A stretch of 64,000 bases of DNA from the NCBI RefSeq assembly GCF_009834535.1, contig NC_045696.1, forward strand, positions 68,946,001 to 69,010,000, in the 5' to 3' direction. This DNA is from Camelus ferus. Its lineage: Eukaryota. A program made the position numbers and the translations under genes. Of this stretch, positions 28,143-40,070 are shown piece after piece. The stretch's first letter is position 1; each line of letters begins with the position of its first letter. The notes below the pieces were generated by a model, which worked only from the letters and a program-made list of their open reading frames with translations, was not told where the DNA came from and did no database searches.

Positions 28143-28263
28143 AAAGTGGCTTATACTAACTCTTCCTTTCACTCTATGAGTCTTAAACATTCAGCTGATC
28201 ACAGGGACTCCCTGCAGCCCCCGTGTCCCTGAGCGCCACATATACTAATGTGCTTCTTTGCAG

Positions 28264-28429
28264 TTTTTTTTTTTAAGTTGAATTTATTCATTTTATTTTT
28301 TTAATTATTTTTTATGGGGGTAATTAGATTTATTTATTTATTATTTTTAAAATGGAGGAACTGGAGATTGAACCCAGGACCTCATGTGTGCTAAGCATGG
28401 GCTCTACCACTGAGCTATACCCTCCCCCA
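28264..28429 (-). mobile_element. Vic-1-type SINE (extended tail)
   Basis: gggggtaattagatttatttatt...tggaggaactggagattgaacccaggacctcatgtgtgctaagcatgggctctaccactgagctataccctcccc. TSD ttctttgcagtttt / ttccttgcagtttt. Confidence 0.92.
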
Positions 28430-29662
28430 GTTCCTTGCAGTTTTAATACAGCACCCATTTAATTCAGAACTCCACTGTAATCTGTGTGTCTTCTGCTCCC
28501 GGACTTCCCGCCTACCCAGCTAAGGTCATTGGCTTGATATCAAGATGTGGTTTCACTACTTTCTCCCTGCTCCTTCCTCGTATTCTCTGCTTGGTCTCTC
28601 CCTGCCATCACTCCTGCCCACACTGTCCCCTCACCATAGAGCCCCTGGCAGCTCCTCAGCTAATCCCCTCCCTCCTCCATGCTCAGTCCAACCCCAGAAG
28701 CACCAGAATATGACTCTAGGGAAGAGAACAAACACATGAGAAGCTGCCTCGGCCTCATGAACACCCTTGTGCTTCCACCAAGCATTTACTTCAGATACAA
28801 TGTATAAGGCCCTGACCTCAGACCAGAGCCAGGATTTAGAGATTCCATCAAGAACCAAATAAGTTCATAAAATGAGCCAAGAACGTATCCTAAGAACTCC
28901 ATACCCCACCATCCCCAGATGTAAACATCCTCCTAGCAACACCAGCACTAAAGGGCTCAGTTTTAGGTCAGAGAATGGGTTAGCTTATCCCTGGCCCCAG
29001 GTCCCTGGCTTAAATGAGCAATGACCACAAGTCACACAGGAACTTTGGGGTAAAATATAATCCTGTTAACTCTGGATCCATTATTCCACATTATCTGGGG
29101 TATGAGCAACTCTTCTGATTGCGTTTGGATATGGGACCTAAGCAAGCTAAGAGCTCTCATCGATCCTTGTGCATAAAACATTCTAGCATCTGGGTCCCTA
29201 CAAGTTTGCTGAGCCCTGCAGTCTGATCAAAAGACAAGGCACCCAAAATACAGTAAGAACTTCCGCTAAAACGAGGAGACTTCCTGGATTATTTCCTCCC
29301 CGGCCACTCCGCCCTGCCCCTTGTGGCTTATCTGTGGTAACTGGCCCCAGCATTACAGGATTCCTGTCCTAGACCAAGGGTTCATTCGGTGTTTCTTTCT
29401 TTTTTTTTCTTTTTCTTTACAATTTTTTAGCAATTACTATGTACCACTTTATGTACTAAATTACTTAATTTATTCTTCACAGGCCTTTATGAGGCAAGGA
29501 ATGCTGTCTCCATGTCCAAAGGAGGAAACAGAGATTCAGTAACTAGCCCAGGCACAGAGCGGGTGAGCGACTAAACCAGAATCCCATCGGCTGGCCTGCC
29601 GTCCCCCCAGCGTTAGGAGAGAGCTGGGGCAAGCTCTTTAAAGAAAGGGACTAAAATTAAAG

Positions 29663-29747
29663 TGGGACTAGCTCAGTGGTAGAGCTCCAGCTTAGCATGT
29701 GTGAGGGCCTAGGTTCAATCCCCAGTACCTCCACGGAAAAAAAAAAA
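29663..29747 (+). mobile_element. Vic-1-type SINE
   Basis: tagctcagtggtagagc...cttagcatg...ggttcaatccccagtacctcca plus an A tail. Confidence 0.88.
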
Positions 29748-29949
29748 TGTGAGTTGAGCACTGAGCACACACAGGCTCTGACAAAAAGAGAAGTGGCGTG
29801 AGAGCTTATTTTCAGAGGACCAGAAAAAGGAAGTTCTTCTGCCACTGCCGTAGGCAAACTAGCCGAAGGATGGAGCTCCTGCTCACTCCTCCAGCTGTGT
29901 TATGAACATAGTCTCTGCAGCAAACAATCACTCTTTTCAGACTGTGCTC

Positions 29950-31800
29950 ATTTCAGGTGCCAATCTGGATACATGGGGAGACACTCAGGCCCTGCGCCAC
30001 CCCTCCACGCCCCTAACTTCTGCTGCTCAGATGCAACGACTTTCAACTCTTTCGTCTACTTCTGGAGTTACATCAGTGAGTCTAGATACAGTGCCCACAT
30101 GGCTCCTTTTTTCAGTGTTAGGTATTATCCACTGCCTTCCTATGACAGAAAATGAGGACTGAGCTCTCTTTTACTGCGTCCGATATACCTCTTCTTCCCA
30201 CATTCTCCTAACAGCTTTATACCATTTTTTATTAAGTCAGCACTAGAAGTTACATTATTATGGCCAGATAAGTTATGGTTCACAGCTAAGCCATGGGGTC
30301 TTGTGGTGTGTGGTGATTAATTCCTTTTGTGTACACTCCTGAGTTGTTGTTTCTAGAGTCCACTATTGCCTCTTTTGCTAATTTGCTTAATTTTCTATGT
30401 ACCTATTAGTAATTTAGTCCTCAACTTTCAACAGTTCTTTTTTTAAAAATTTTGGAGCTTTTCCCTCTGGAAATCTCTGTCCTTATACTCCAATCTGAGC
30501 TGGTTGCTCTCCGGCCTTAAAGGAAGAATCCATTTCTTCTGTCTTAATTTACTCCCTCATTTCAGAAAGGATGCTCAGAAAGGGAGGTAAAATAATTGAT
30601 ACCTCTCATACTGGAAAATGCCATTACATTTGATTACTGATTTGTCTGAATGTAAATTCTCTGTTGAAAAGAAATTCGTCTCAGAATTCTAACAGTATGG
30701 CTTCCTTTTTTTCCAGCTTCCTGTGTTGCTGAAGAATCAGATGTCTCTTCTTGCATGTCATCAGTTTGGGGTAGGTTTTTGTTTTTGTTTTTGTTTTTGT
30801 TTTCCTGTGCTTATGGGCTTTCCTTCTTCTTTCTCCCCTCCCCACAATGATATGCTTTGGCGTGTGTCCTTTTTTATTCTTAGCCATGGGCACTCGAATG
30901 CGGTTTTCAATCTAGACACCTCCGTCCTTCAGCTCTTGCAATTTTTCTTGATTGTTTCTTTGATCATTCTTCCCTCCCTTTGTCTCTGTTCTCCTTTCTT
31001 GTTAAGTCCTACATTCAGATGTTGAACTTCTTAGGATGATCCTTCCTTATTTTTCATTCCATAGCCCCCTCACCTTTTTTAACTTCCTTAAAGATTTCTT
31101 CAACTTTATGTTCTAAACCCTCTCCTAATTCATTTCTTTCTCCTTTCCTACTTTTAATTTCCAAGAGTTCTTTTTTATTCTTTGAATACTTTTATTGCAC
31201 ACTGTATTTTATTAATGGGATAGCTTCACTTGTCTCTATGACACTCGTAATTGTTTTTGTGACATTTTCTACTGTTCCCTATACTTTTTCTATTTCTTGT
31301 GAGTTTCTTTTTATGTTGTTGTTGTTGCTGTTGTTTGTTTCTTTTGGTTTCTATGTTTCAAACTTTCTTAAACATTGGGTGATCCTTAGCTGTCTTTTTA
31401 AATTTGAAAGTAAGACACTAAAAAGTTGACCAGAAGCTCCATGTGTTGGGGCAGAGCTGCTGGGCAGGTAGATCTTACTGAGGGGGACTGAGAATAATCT
31501 GTCCATTTTATTTGAAGAACCATAAATACCAATATCCTAAGAGGCCTTTTCTCTTGGGCTGTTAAATTTGATCAGAGAGACTCCACTAATCTCGTGACTA
31601 GGGAAATCGCATAACCCAAGCTTACACATGGTGGGAACTAACAGAAAAAGAAGGCTGGGGAAAGGGTGGGCTCACTGTTCAGTATGTAGACTTTTATTCA
31701 TTCCCTCTGTTTCAGAATGGAATCTCACGCATGCCCTCCTCTGCTTGGCCTGCTGTGCCTGATCTTAATCAGCTCTTAAAATTGAGGCTGTTCCTAGAAA
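29950..31800 (-). mobile_element. Ancient HAL1/L1M ORF1-region relic
   Basis: Long T-rich stretch with antisense L1/HAL1 ORF1 motifs (agaaagggaggtaaaata...ctggaaaatg...tctcagaattc...ttccagcttcctgtgttgctgaagaatcagatg). Confidence 0.6.
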
Positions 31801-31889
31801 TGTCCTTAAAAGAAATTTTAGTTACAAGAGAAAAAAAAATTTTTTTTAGGCGTAGTTTCAAATGCCAGACATTTAGGAAAGCATTAACA

Positions 31890-32195
31890 CGGGGTCATAA
31901 ACCACATATCAGGAATCTCTGGGCCAGAGTTCAGAATTCTTCATATTTTGGAAAAGTAATATTTTGCCTAAACCGTACATTACACAACACCCACAGCAGG
32001 GTCAGGGCAGTTCTCCATAATTATATGGATTAATGTTTCTACAGCAAAACAAATAAATATTTTAATTCAATCAGTTAAATAAGGATTTATTTAGTAACCT
32101 CACTTTAATCCAAATCAGGCTTTGCCACCAGATGGGTTAAGAATAAAATTTTTCACAGATTTGGGGATTTGGGAATTGAAATAAAGGACTGTATA
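31890..32195 (-). mobile_element. MER46C-like TcMar-Tigger element
   Basis: gggccaga...ttcagaatt...gaaaagtaatat...cagcagggtcagggcag...attaatgtttctacagcaaaac...caggctttgccacca...ggatttgggaattg. Confidence 0.75.
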
Positions 32196-32519
32196 TGCAA
32201 TTCTTATGCATCTCCTTCACCTCCAGACACATTTGGGGCATTTTCACAGGGATTTCTGTCACTCTGTGGGGCTGCCTGCTTGCTATGAGATGTGGAAAAA
32301 AATGGGGCAAGTTGAGATGTGAATGCTGGGAGAAGGCCAGTCTGAACAGGGAGAGAATCTAATGACATAGTCACTTGAAAGGTTTGAGTCCCAGTTCTCT
32401 GCCAGCTAGCTGTGTTACTCTGGAAAAGTTACTTAACCTCTCTGAGCCTCAAGTTCCTCATCTATAAATTGTGGGTTATTCCAACTAATTTTGAAGTGCC
32501 GTTGTGTGGATTTAATTGA

Positions 32520-34340
32520 ATTTAGTCAACAATTAGGTATTGTACTTATTATTCCTAAGGCATTGCTCTAGGTCCTAGGGAAATGATCATGAACAAAAGA
32601 CATGAAGTCCCTGCCCTCATCAAAACAACTTCCTAGTGAGATGAGACACAGAATAAATGGGTCAGATGACCATACATGTCATGAAAGAACCACCAAGAAG
32701 GATAAAAGGGAAAGACAGAGCCAGGTGTAACGGGGAGGAGGCAGGCACCAGACTACTATCTTACTTAAGGTGACCAGAACAGCCTTTCTAAGAAGATGAC
32801 ATTTAAACAGAACCTAAAGGAAGAGATGGAGAAAACAATGGGAATATGTGAAGGAAGGGTGTTCCAGCTGGAGGGAAGAGCAAGGACACAGGCTCTGAGG
32901 CAAAAATGGGCTTGATGTTTAAGGAACAAGGTCAGTGGAGTGAAGCAGAATTAAGAGGTAGGGAAGAGTAGGAAATGAAGTGTGGGAGGACCTGCGGGTT
33001 GGACCATGCAGAGCCCTGGAGGCCCTTTGAGGAACTTTGGCTTTGCAAAGTGAAATGGGAAGCCTTTGTTGGTTTCAAGTGCAAAAATGACACACTACCT
33101 CTGGCAGCCCAGTTATGAAACTGTTCTAAAAATTAGAAGTAAAGAGTGATCTATGGACCAGTGTGAGTTTAGTGGATCAAATATGCAGTCAGTTTCTTGA
33201 TTGATTCTGCAAGTATGGCTGACGGGGTTTGCTGACAGACGGGATGCGGCATCAGAGATCAAATTCAAGGGCGACCGTACAGTTTTAAGCCCTAGCACCT
33301 GCAAAGATGGAGCTGTCATTTACTGAAATGGGGAAGGCTGTTTGAGAGAGAACAGCAGCAGTTCGGCCATGGACTTGGCATCACTGAGATGTCTGTTAGT
33401 CACCTAAGGACACTTGTTGAGTAGATGGTTGAATATGAGTGTGGCATCTCGGGGAGCAGTCTGGGATGGAACTATAAATTGAGAGTGGTCAGCATTTGGA
33501 CAGTAGGAGATCCGCAGGGAATGAGGGAACAGAGAAGAGGCCAAGTCCAAGGACTGCTCTCTAGGACGCTCCAAAGTGAACGAGTGAAGATGAGCCAAAA
33601 GAAGAAACAGAAGGAGATGCCAGTAACAGAAGAGGAGAACCCAAGAGAATGATGTTCCAGAGCTAAGAGAAGAAACTTTTTTAAGGAGGAACAGGGTGAT
33701 CAACTATATGAAATGCTACTGGCCAATCAAGATAAGGACTGAGATTTGACTATTGGATTTGGCAATGAGGAGGTCACTGGTGAACCTGACAGGTGAAGTT
33801 TCTGTGGAGTGATGGAAACAAAATACTGGTTAGACTGGGTTTAGATGAAAATCAGAGAAGAGGAACTGAAGGGAGCAAGTGCAGATGACTCTTTCAAGGA
33901 ACAGGGAAATGAGACAGTAGCTGGAGGGGTAGAGGTCATCAGGAGAAGTGTGTGTGCATATGTGTGTGCGTAGGGGGGCAGGTTTCAGTTCAAGAAACAA
34001 CCACCACAGAGAGATGGGGGGTGGAGGGGAGAGGGGGTGGGGAGGAGGCAGATAGGAATGGTCCACAGAAAAAGGAACATTGGAAAGAGAAGGGAGAATT
34101 GCTGGAGTCATGTCTTTAACTAAGGAAGGGAACAGGATGCAACACACAAGTAGAAGGGTTTAGTCTTACAAAGAAGGCAGAAAGCAGAATATAAGGGCAT
34201 AGATTGGGGTAGAAAGGTGTGAAAAGCTCTCCTTGGCCATTATTTTCTCAGGTACATAGTAAATAAGTTTCTCAGCTGAGAATAGGGATGGGAGAGGAGG
34301 CGTTAAAATTTAAAGAGAGAAAAAGCTATGAAACAGTCAT
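32520..34340 (-). mobile_element. Long L2 (LINE-2) fragment
   Basis: Purine-rich antisense L2 motifs: gtccctgccctca, gatgacatttaaacagaacctaaagga, ggagctgtcatttactgaaatggggaaggctg, gataaggactgaga...ttggatttggcaatgaggaggtcactggtga. Confidence 0.85.
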
Positions 34341-34358
34341 CTAGGTTGTAGAGGATGG

Positions 34359-34541
34359 CAGTGGTTCTCAACCAAGGCTGCCCATTGGAATAGAGAGAGC
34401 TTTTACAAAAGGATGCTAATACCCAGATCCACCGCACAAACATTTCTATTTCATTAGTTTGGGGTGGAACCCAGGCAGCAGTACTTTTTATAAAAATCTC
34501 CCCCAGGTACTACTAATGGCAGACAGAGCTGAGAACCACTG
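34359..34541. mobile_element. MER5A-like hAT-Charlie MITE
   Basis: Perfect 12-bp terminal inverted repeats cagtggttctca...tgagaaccactg, with internal ggggtggaacccaggca and tccccaggt motifs. Confidence 0.88.
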
Positions 34542-36903
34542 GACCAAGGGAACAGAGCAAGATGACCTGGCATCACCACCAAAGTCCACTTAAGGGTCAT
34601 GGTCATGAATTAGAGTGGGACCAGTCAGCGCGGTGGTATGAGTTCAGTGAATGAAACCTGCTCTGTTTATTGTATCACCAGCTAAGTGACATAAACCATC
34701 CTTGGAGCAAATACAATTTAGTTTTTATCTCATCCAAATGATTTACCCAGTTAGTGTGTATCACAGGATTTTGAAGTAATTTGTAAATAAGTAAAATCAC
34801 AAATGGATATCTTTGGGTATCAAGATTCTGGTTCTTGAGATATTGAGCACTGCACATGGGGTCACTGAGCTTCCCAACAACTGCAGAAATCACAGGTCAC
34901 CGCTCCTACCCATACTCCCAGTGTCCCAATTTGATAATAACAGTTCTATGCCTGTGTTTCATGAAGCGCCCTCCAGTCCACACCACCGGGAGCGCATATT
35001 TCAGTAGGTTCCACGTTTGCAATTCCTGTCTGGTAATCTGCTCTACTCCCTCCAGGGAGATCCACCCTCGGTCCTAGGCCTGAGCCTGGAGAAATCTCTG
35101 TGATGTTAAGTGCCACCTCAACACCCTCTCCCCAAGTCCAGCCTGGCTGGGTCCCTGTCCATGTTCACCCAGCTGCTGGAAAAAGCCTGCAGACTCTATC
35201 CTGAACCAGACTGCATGGGCTTGAATACCAGCAGAGGGCAGAAACCTTGTGGGCTCACCTGCTGGGGGAGCCCCTACTGTCCGCTCCTGCTTCCCACTTA
35301 TGGGTGAATCTACTGCCAAATCCCAGTTGTAAACCTCCCTCTATCTGCTGCTGCTGTCCCCCCCCCCCCGACTCTAACTGCCTCCCGCTGGGGTCTCACC
35401 TCCTCTTCCCTGACCCCCACCCCTGCCTCCTGCTCCCCTAGCACCATATGCAGCTCCCATCCATTTGGTCCTGATCACACATGCCTGTCTATCCCCCTAG
35501 ACGGAGGCTCCTTCAGGAGAAACTGGGTCTCATGTGCCCTCATATCCACAGTGCCTACAGCGTGCCTGGCCCATCAGGTGACCAGTCACTGAGAGTAACC
35601 ATTAACAAGTGCTGGGATGTTGAAAAGAGACACCATGTACTCATCGCTAATCACGTGCTGGCGCTAGGTTAAGCACTACATAGTATTCACACCAAGGCTA
35701 CGCGGGAGGAATATTAACATAGTTCACAGATGAGAAACTGATGGTCGGAGAAGTGAAGTCCCCAGGTTCACACAGCTGACAAGTGGCACACCTGAAATTA
35801 AACCCAAGTCTGTCTGGCTGCCAAGCCTGTGATTTTTTTCCAAACCCCAGGACTTTCTGAGAAAGGTGACCCTACAGATGGTGAGGGTGGTGCCTCACAA
35901 CTGGACGGGCTGGGAGACAAGGGTGGGACTCTCGAGCCCAGAGGCATTTCCCTGGAAGGCAGCTGTCATCCATCTCCTCCCTACCTGTTATTTCATCTCC
36001 TCCAAATTTACAGGCCAGAATAAGATGCTCATTGTGTAGAGCAAAAAAGGAACCGCCACAAGCCCTCTGGCAGGAAGAATCCTCTGGGGATTTATTCCCC
36101 AAACTGTCATTAACCACCCCCAGCTCCGGCCCTGGGCCAGCATCCTCCAACATCACACAATTGACAAAGGCAACCCCGCAGTCTGTGTAGACAGAAGATG
36201 ATTCAGCCCAACTGCCTTTGTGAGAGCTGCCTCACTGCCTTCCTCCCTCTCTCACCTGGGACGCACCCTACGACCCTGGTTCCCAATAGAAGAAAAAGAA
36301 AAGCAGGGTCCCAAACCTGACTCCCCACCAGGGCTCGGCTCCACAGATCAGCCCAGAGAGCACTCCCTGTTTCATCGTGCCGCTTGTCTCCCACTTCCAA
36401 AGACAGAGGTGACAGGTAGAAACAGGACTGTCCGGGGGGGTGGAGGGGCCCACCAGAGCCCCAGGGTGTTTCCCCCGGACCCCGGGCTCCTGCTGACCCC
36501 CGGTGCTCCCCCACCCTGGCCTTACCTAGGGCGCACCTGTGCACGCTCACTGGTGGCTAAACGCATCCTGGTCTCAGCTGCGCAAGTGGGGGCAGCATCA
36601 GGAGGGCTGGGCTCGGTTCACCAGGCCTCCTAAGGGCTGGGCACTGCGCAGACAACCCTGTCCATGTCCCTGCCTTCTGGAAGACACTGTCTAACATGGC
36701 TAACTTCGCATTACATAGTAAGTACAGTGTAGGACGTGAAAGGTCTTCTCTTTGCTTTGGGTGCCCTGTAGTGAGGGACTCACCCTGAGCTGAAGGCTGA
36801 GCTCCAAGGCCTGTCTGGGCAGAGCAGAGACCAGCAGGAAGGAACTGATCTCTTCGTCAGTAGGGAGTAGCTTGGTTCTCTAAAACCGGCACCGCCGCTG
36901 CCC

Positions 36904-36938
36904 CACACACAACAAACACAACACACACAACACACACA
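36904..36938. repeat. Imperfect (CA)n microsatellite
   Basis: cacacacaacaaacacaacacacacaacacacaca. Confidence 0.85.
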
Positions 36939-39019
36939 AAAGGGCTTTTGGACCCCGGCAGCATGCCAGGCCCCAGCCCAGATCTTTGAGCAATCCGATC
37001 CTTCCTGGAGCAAATGTAAGTCACCTTGGGCTACTGTAGCCTCGGGATGAGGACTGGCTGCCTGTCCATCCTGCTGTGTCATGTCCCAGGCCAGTTTCTC
37101 TGGGGCCAGGGCCATGCCATGTCCTCATCAGTACTCCTGGAGAATAAAGGCTGCTCCAGACTCCCCTGACAGCTCAGTCCCTCCCGTCCCTTTTCCAGTC
37201 CACGAGCCCCTACCAGACAGACGTGGCACGGGCTTTCTCGCCTGGCAGCCCCAACATTCCTTCCTGCAGCCTGGCATGTCTGAAACACCCTCCTTGGCCC
37301 CGTATAAATCACCAAGCTGTTGACAGTCAGCCTGACTCCATCCACTCTCTGGCCCAGACTTTCCCAGCAACCAGGAAGGGAGGCAGGGGCATTCCGGCTC
37401 TGGCAGTGGGGGAGCCAGGCAGACAGCCTGCCTTCCCACCCCTCCCCGCTGCCTCCCCCACAGCCCCGGCTGGGTATCTGAGTCAGGAGAGCACAGCTTC
37501 TGGCCCACTGACCAAGTTGTTTGTTGCAAACCTGAGACCGTGTCCGTGATGGTGGGAGTTTTTACAGACACCTGTGGATGCTCCAACAGATGTCTGTAAG
37601 CTCTCAGATGAGCAAGGGGTGTGTCAGCAATAACAAACCCTCTGGGTGGCTCCTCTATATTTTCTCATCTTTTCACAGCTATGATCTAACTGGAACATAA
37701 AAACAAATCTGCCGGTTGGCAGCACCACAAGAATTATCCCCTTATTTGGATGAGGAAATTGGAGTCAGGATTGAGTCACTTGGGACCACACAGCTGCCGG
37801 ACAGCAGAGCCTGAACCACAATTTAGGCTTTTATATTTACCTAAGAATTCACCTATAAAATTTACATGTAAAATCAATGGCTATGTTACGGGTCTATGTG
37901 TATGTAAATACACAAAACATATTTGCTTACCTGCTAAGATGTTTTTATATTTATTTGTATTTTCAATATTGTAGGTTTCCCAAAGGTGGCTGATTCCCAT
38001 CTTCTGTGCATTACAAATCACAGCATGGGAGACAGACCGCGGGCTCCGGAGCGCAGACAGCTGGGTGTTCCCTCACTGTCTCACTGCTGTGTGACTTTGG
38101 GCAGACACATCTCCGCTTCAGTTTCCTCATCTGCCCAACAGGAACAATGACAGCCATTCTACAGTGTTGTTGGCCAGCCTAGACAGCTGTGTGTCCTACT
38201 TGGACTGCTGTGGGCACTTAATGAACAGTAGCTATTCTTTCATTCATCCTTTGTTCTCCAACCACAACAGATCACTCAGGGTTACCCAGACACGCCACAG
38301 ACTTTCCCTCCTCCCGCCGCTCCCCCCTGCTGCCCCCAGGCCAGGAACGCCCCACCTCCCATTCTCCACCTCTCATCCTTCAACATCCAGTTCAAACTCT
38401 ATCTCCTTTCCGAAACCTTCCCCATTGTCCTCGGAGCCCCAACACTCAACGGTTCACCTGCTTTACAAAGTGTTTTGTTCTGCCTATTCCGCCTAGAGTT
38501 CAGTGTTCACATACCTGACTCACCAACTTCTCCCTCAAAAGTCAATGTCTTGTTCATCTGTTTGTATCTGCCACCCCACTCCCCATTCCCTGAACATTAG
38601 TATTTAAGGATGCCTTTTAAACGAGCCTTAGTGGTTCGATTCATATAAGGCCAGCTCATTATTTTTTAAAATCAATCAATACTCAAAATTATACAGAGCT
38701 ACAAATCACCCCAGATCCCTCTATCCAGGAAAATAAAAATAGATTCATATCGTTCATCAGCTGTCTCTCCATCCACATATGAACAGAAGCGTGGAGGATG
38801 GAAGAATGCAGGAAAGGATGGGTGAGGTTACTTAATAAAGTAGCTAGGTTTTTTTTTTTTTTAAATAAGTAAAATAAGGAAAGTACAGAAAAGTAAAATA
38901 AAGGAAAAGCTGAACTTTTAATAAATATTTCCCCATCAGAACAGACGTTATTTCCTTAAAGATCCCTCCAAGTTTAAGAGAAGAAAAATCAGTTGAAAGT
39001 TTGGAGCCATGACACTAAC

Positions 39020-40070
39020 ACCCTATTTAGACAGTGTGAACGAGGGGAAGTTAGCTCGTAACATCCCTCCCTCCCTCCCCCAGCTCTCCATTTCCATTAT
39101 ATCCTTTTTACTTCCTCACATTCTGTTCCTTAGTCTTACAACCCACCCACGCCGAGCTTTTCTCTATTTGGTGGATGAGAGCTCACCCAATGACCTTTTA
39201 CCACGCCTTCCAAAGTATGCTTTGGACCAATCTTTTTCATCATCAAGTAGGTTTTCCCAAGAAGGGCTCATTGTGTTGTATTTCCTGAGTCCTTGCACTT
39301 GTGAGGATGGCTACCTGCATTACCCTTGCAAAGGGATTTGAGTGGAAAAATCTCCAATCACACTACCTTTCCCTCGCAACTCTGTAAATACTTCTTCTCC
39401 ATGTTCTCAAGTTTTGCTTCTGCTACAGATCAAGTCTGAGACCAACATGGCTTTTCCCCAGGGGCAAAGATGAACTGCTCCCAAAATCCATTTTCCTCAT
39501 CTTCCTTTTGATAACAGAAGACCTTCCCGAAAACTGAGTTTTAAGAGGGCACACAGCTTCCCAGGCAGAGATGTTTTCCCAGCTTCCTTTGCAGCCAGAC
39601 GTGTCCATGTGACTATGTTTTGGTCAATGGAGCATGCGAAGTGATGTGTGCCTCCACAGATAGCCCAATTATCCTTCTGGAAATTGTAGTTGTTGTTGTT
39701 ATTGGAGGTACTGGGGATTGAACCCAGGTCCTCCTGCATGCTAAGCCCGCACTCTACCACTGAGCTCTACCGCTAACCCCAATTACCCTTCTGAGGGATC
39801 ATCTCATTACAACCTTCAGATCTCTGATTTTCTCGGATTCATTTCTTTATCTTTTTTCTCAGCATCTACTGTGATTTTCCTCAAGCCTTCCTTCTCTGTT
39901 AGTAATTTACTTTTCAGTGGATTCCACTTTGTCCTTTTATTAACTTTGTCTTGAATGATGTTGTTTGTATCCTCAATTTTTTCCTTCGCTCTTTAATTGC
40001 CCTTTCCATTTCCTTCTGTAGTTTCATCATTTTGTCCCTAAGTTCTCAATTGATTAGTTTTCAATCAACT
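39020..40070 (-). mobile_element. HAL1-like relic interrupted by an LTR fragment (~39550-39660) and a SINE
   Basis: gttttcccaagaagggctcattg...tttcctgagtccttgcac...ctttccctcgcaactctgtaaata...aagtctgagacca resembles antisense HAL1. ttcccagcttcctttgcagccagacgtgtccatgtgact...tggtcaatgg resembles LTR33/MLT1. Confidence 0.6.
39681..39780 (-). mobile_element. Vic-1-type SINE
   Basis: tggaggtactggggattgaacccaggtcctcctgcatgctaagcccgcactctaccactgagct. TSD ccaattatccttctg / ccaattacccttctg. Confidence 0.92.

Noticed and set aside
34645..34852. AT-rich segment bounded by cagtg...cactg, a possible hAT MITE
   Set aside because: The inverted repeat is only 5 bp and I could not match the interior to a family.
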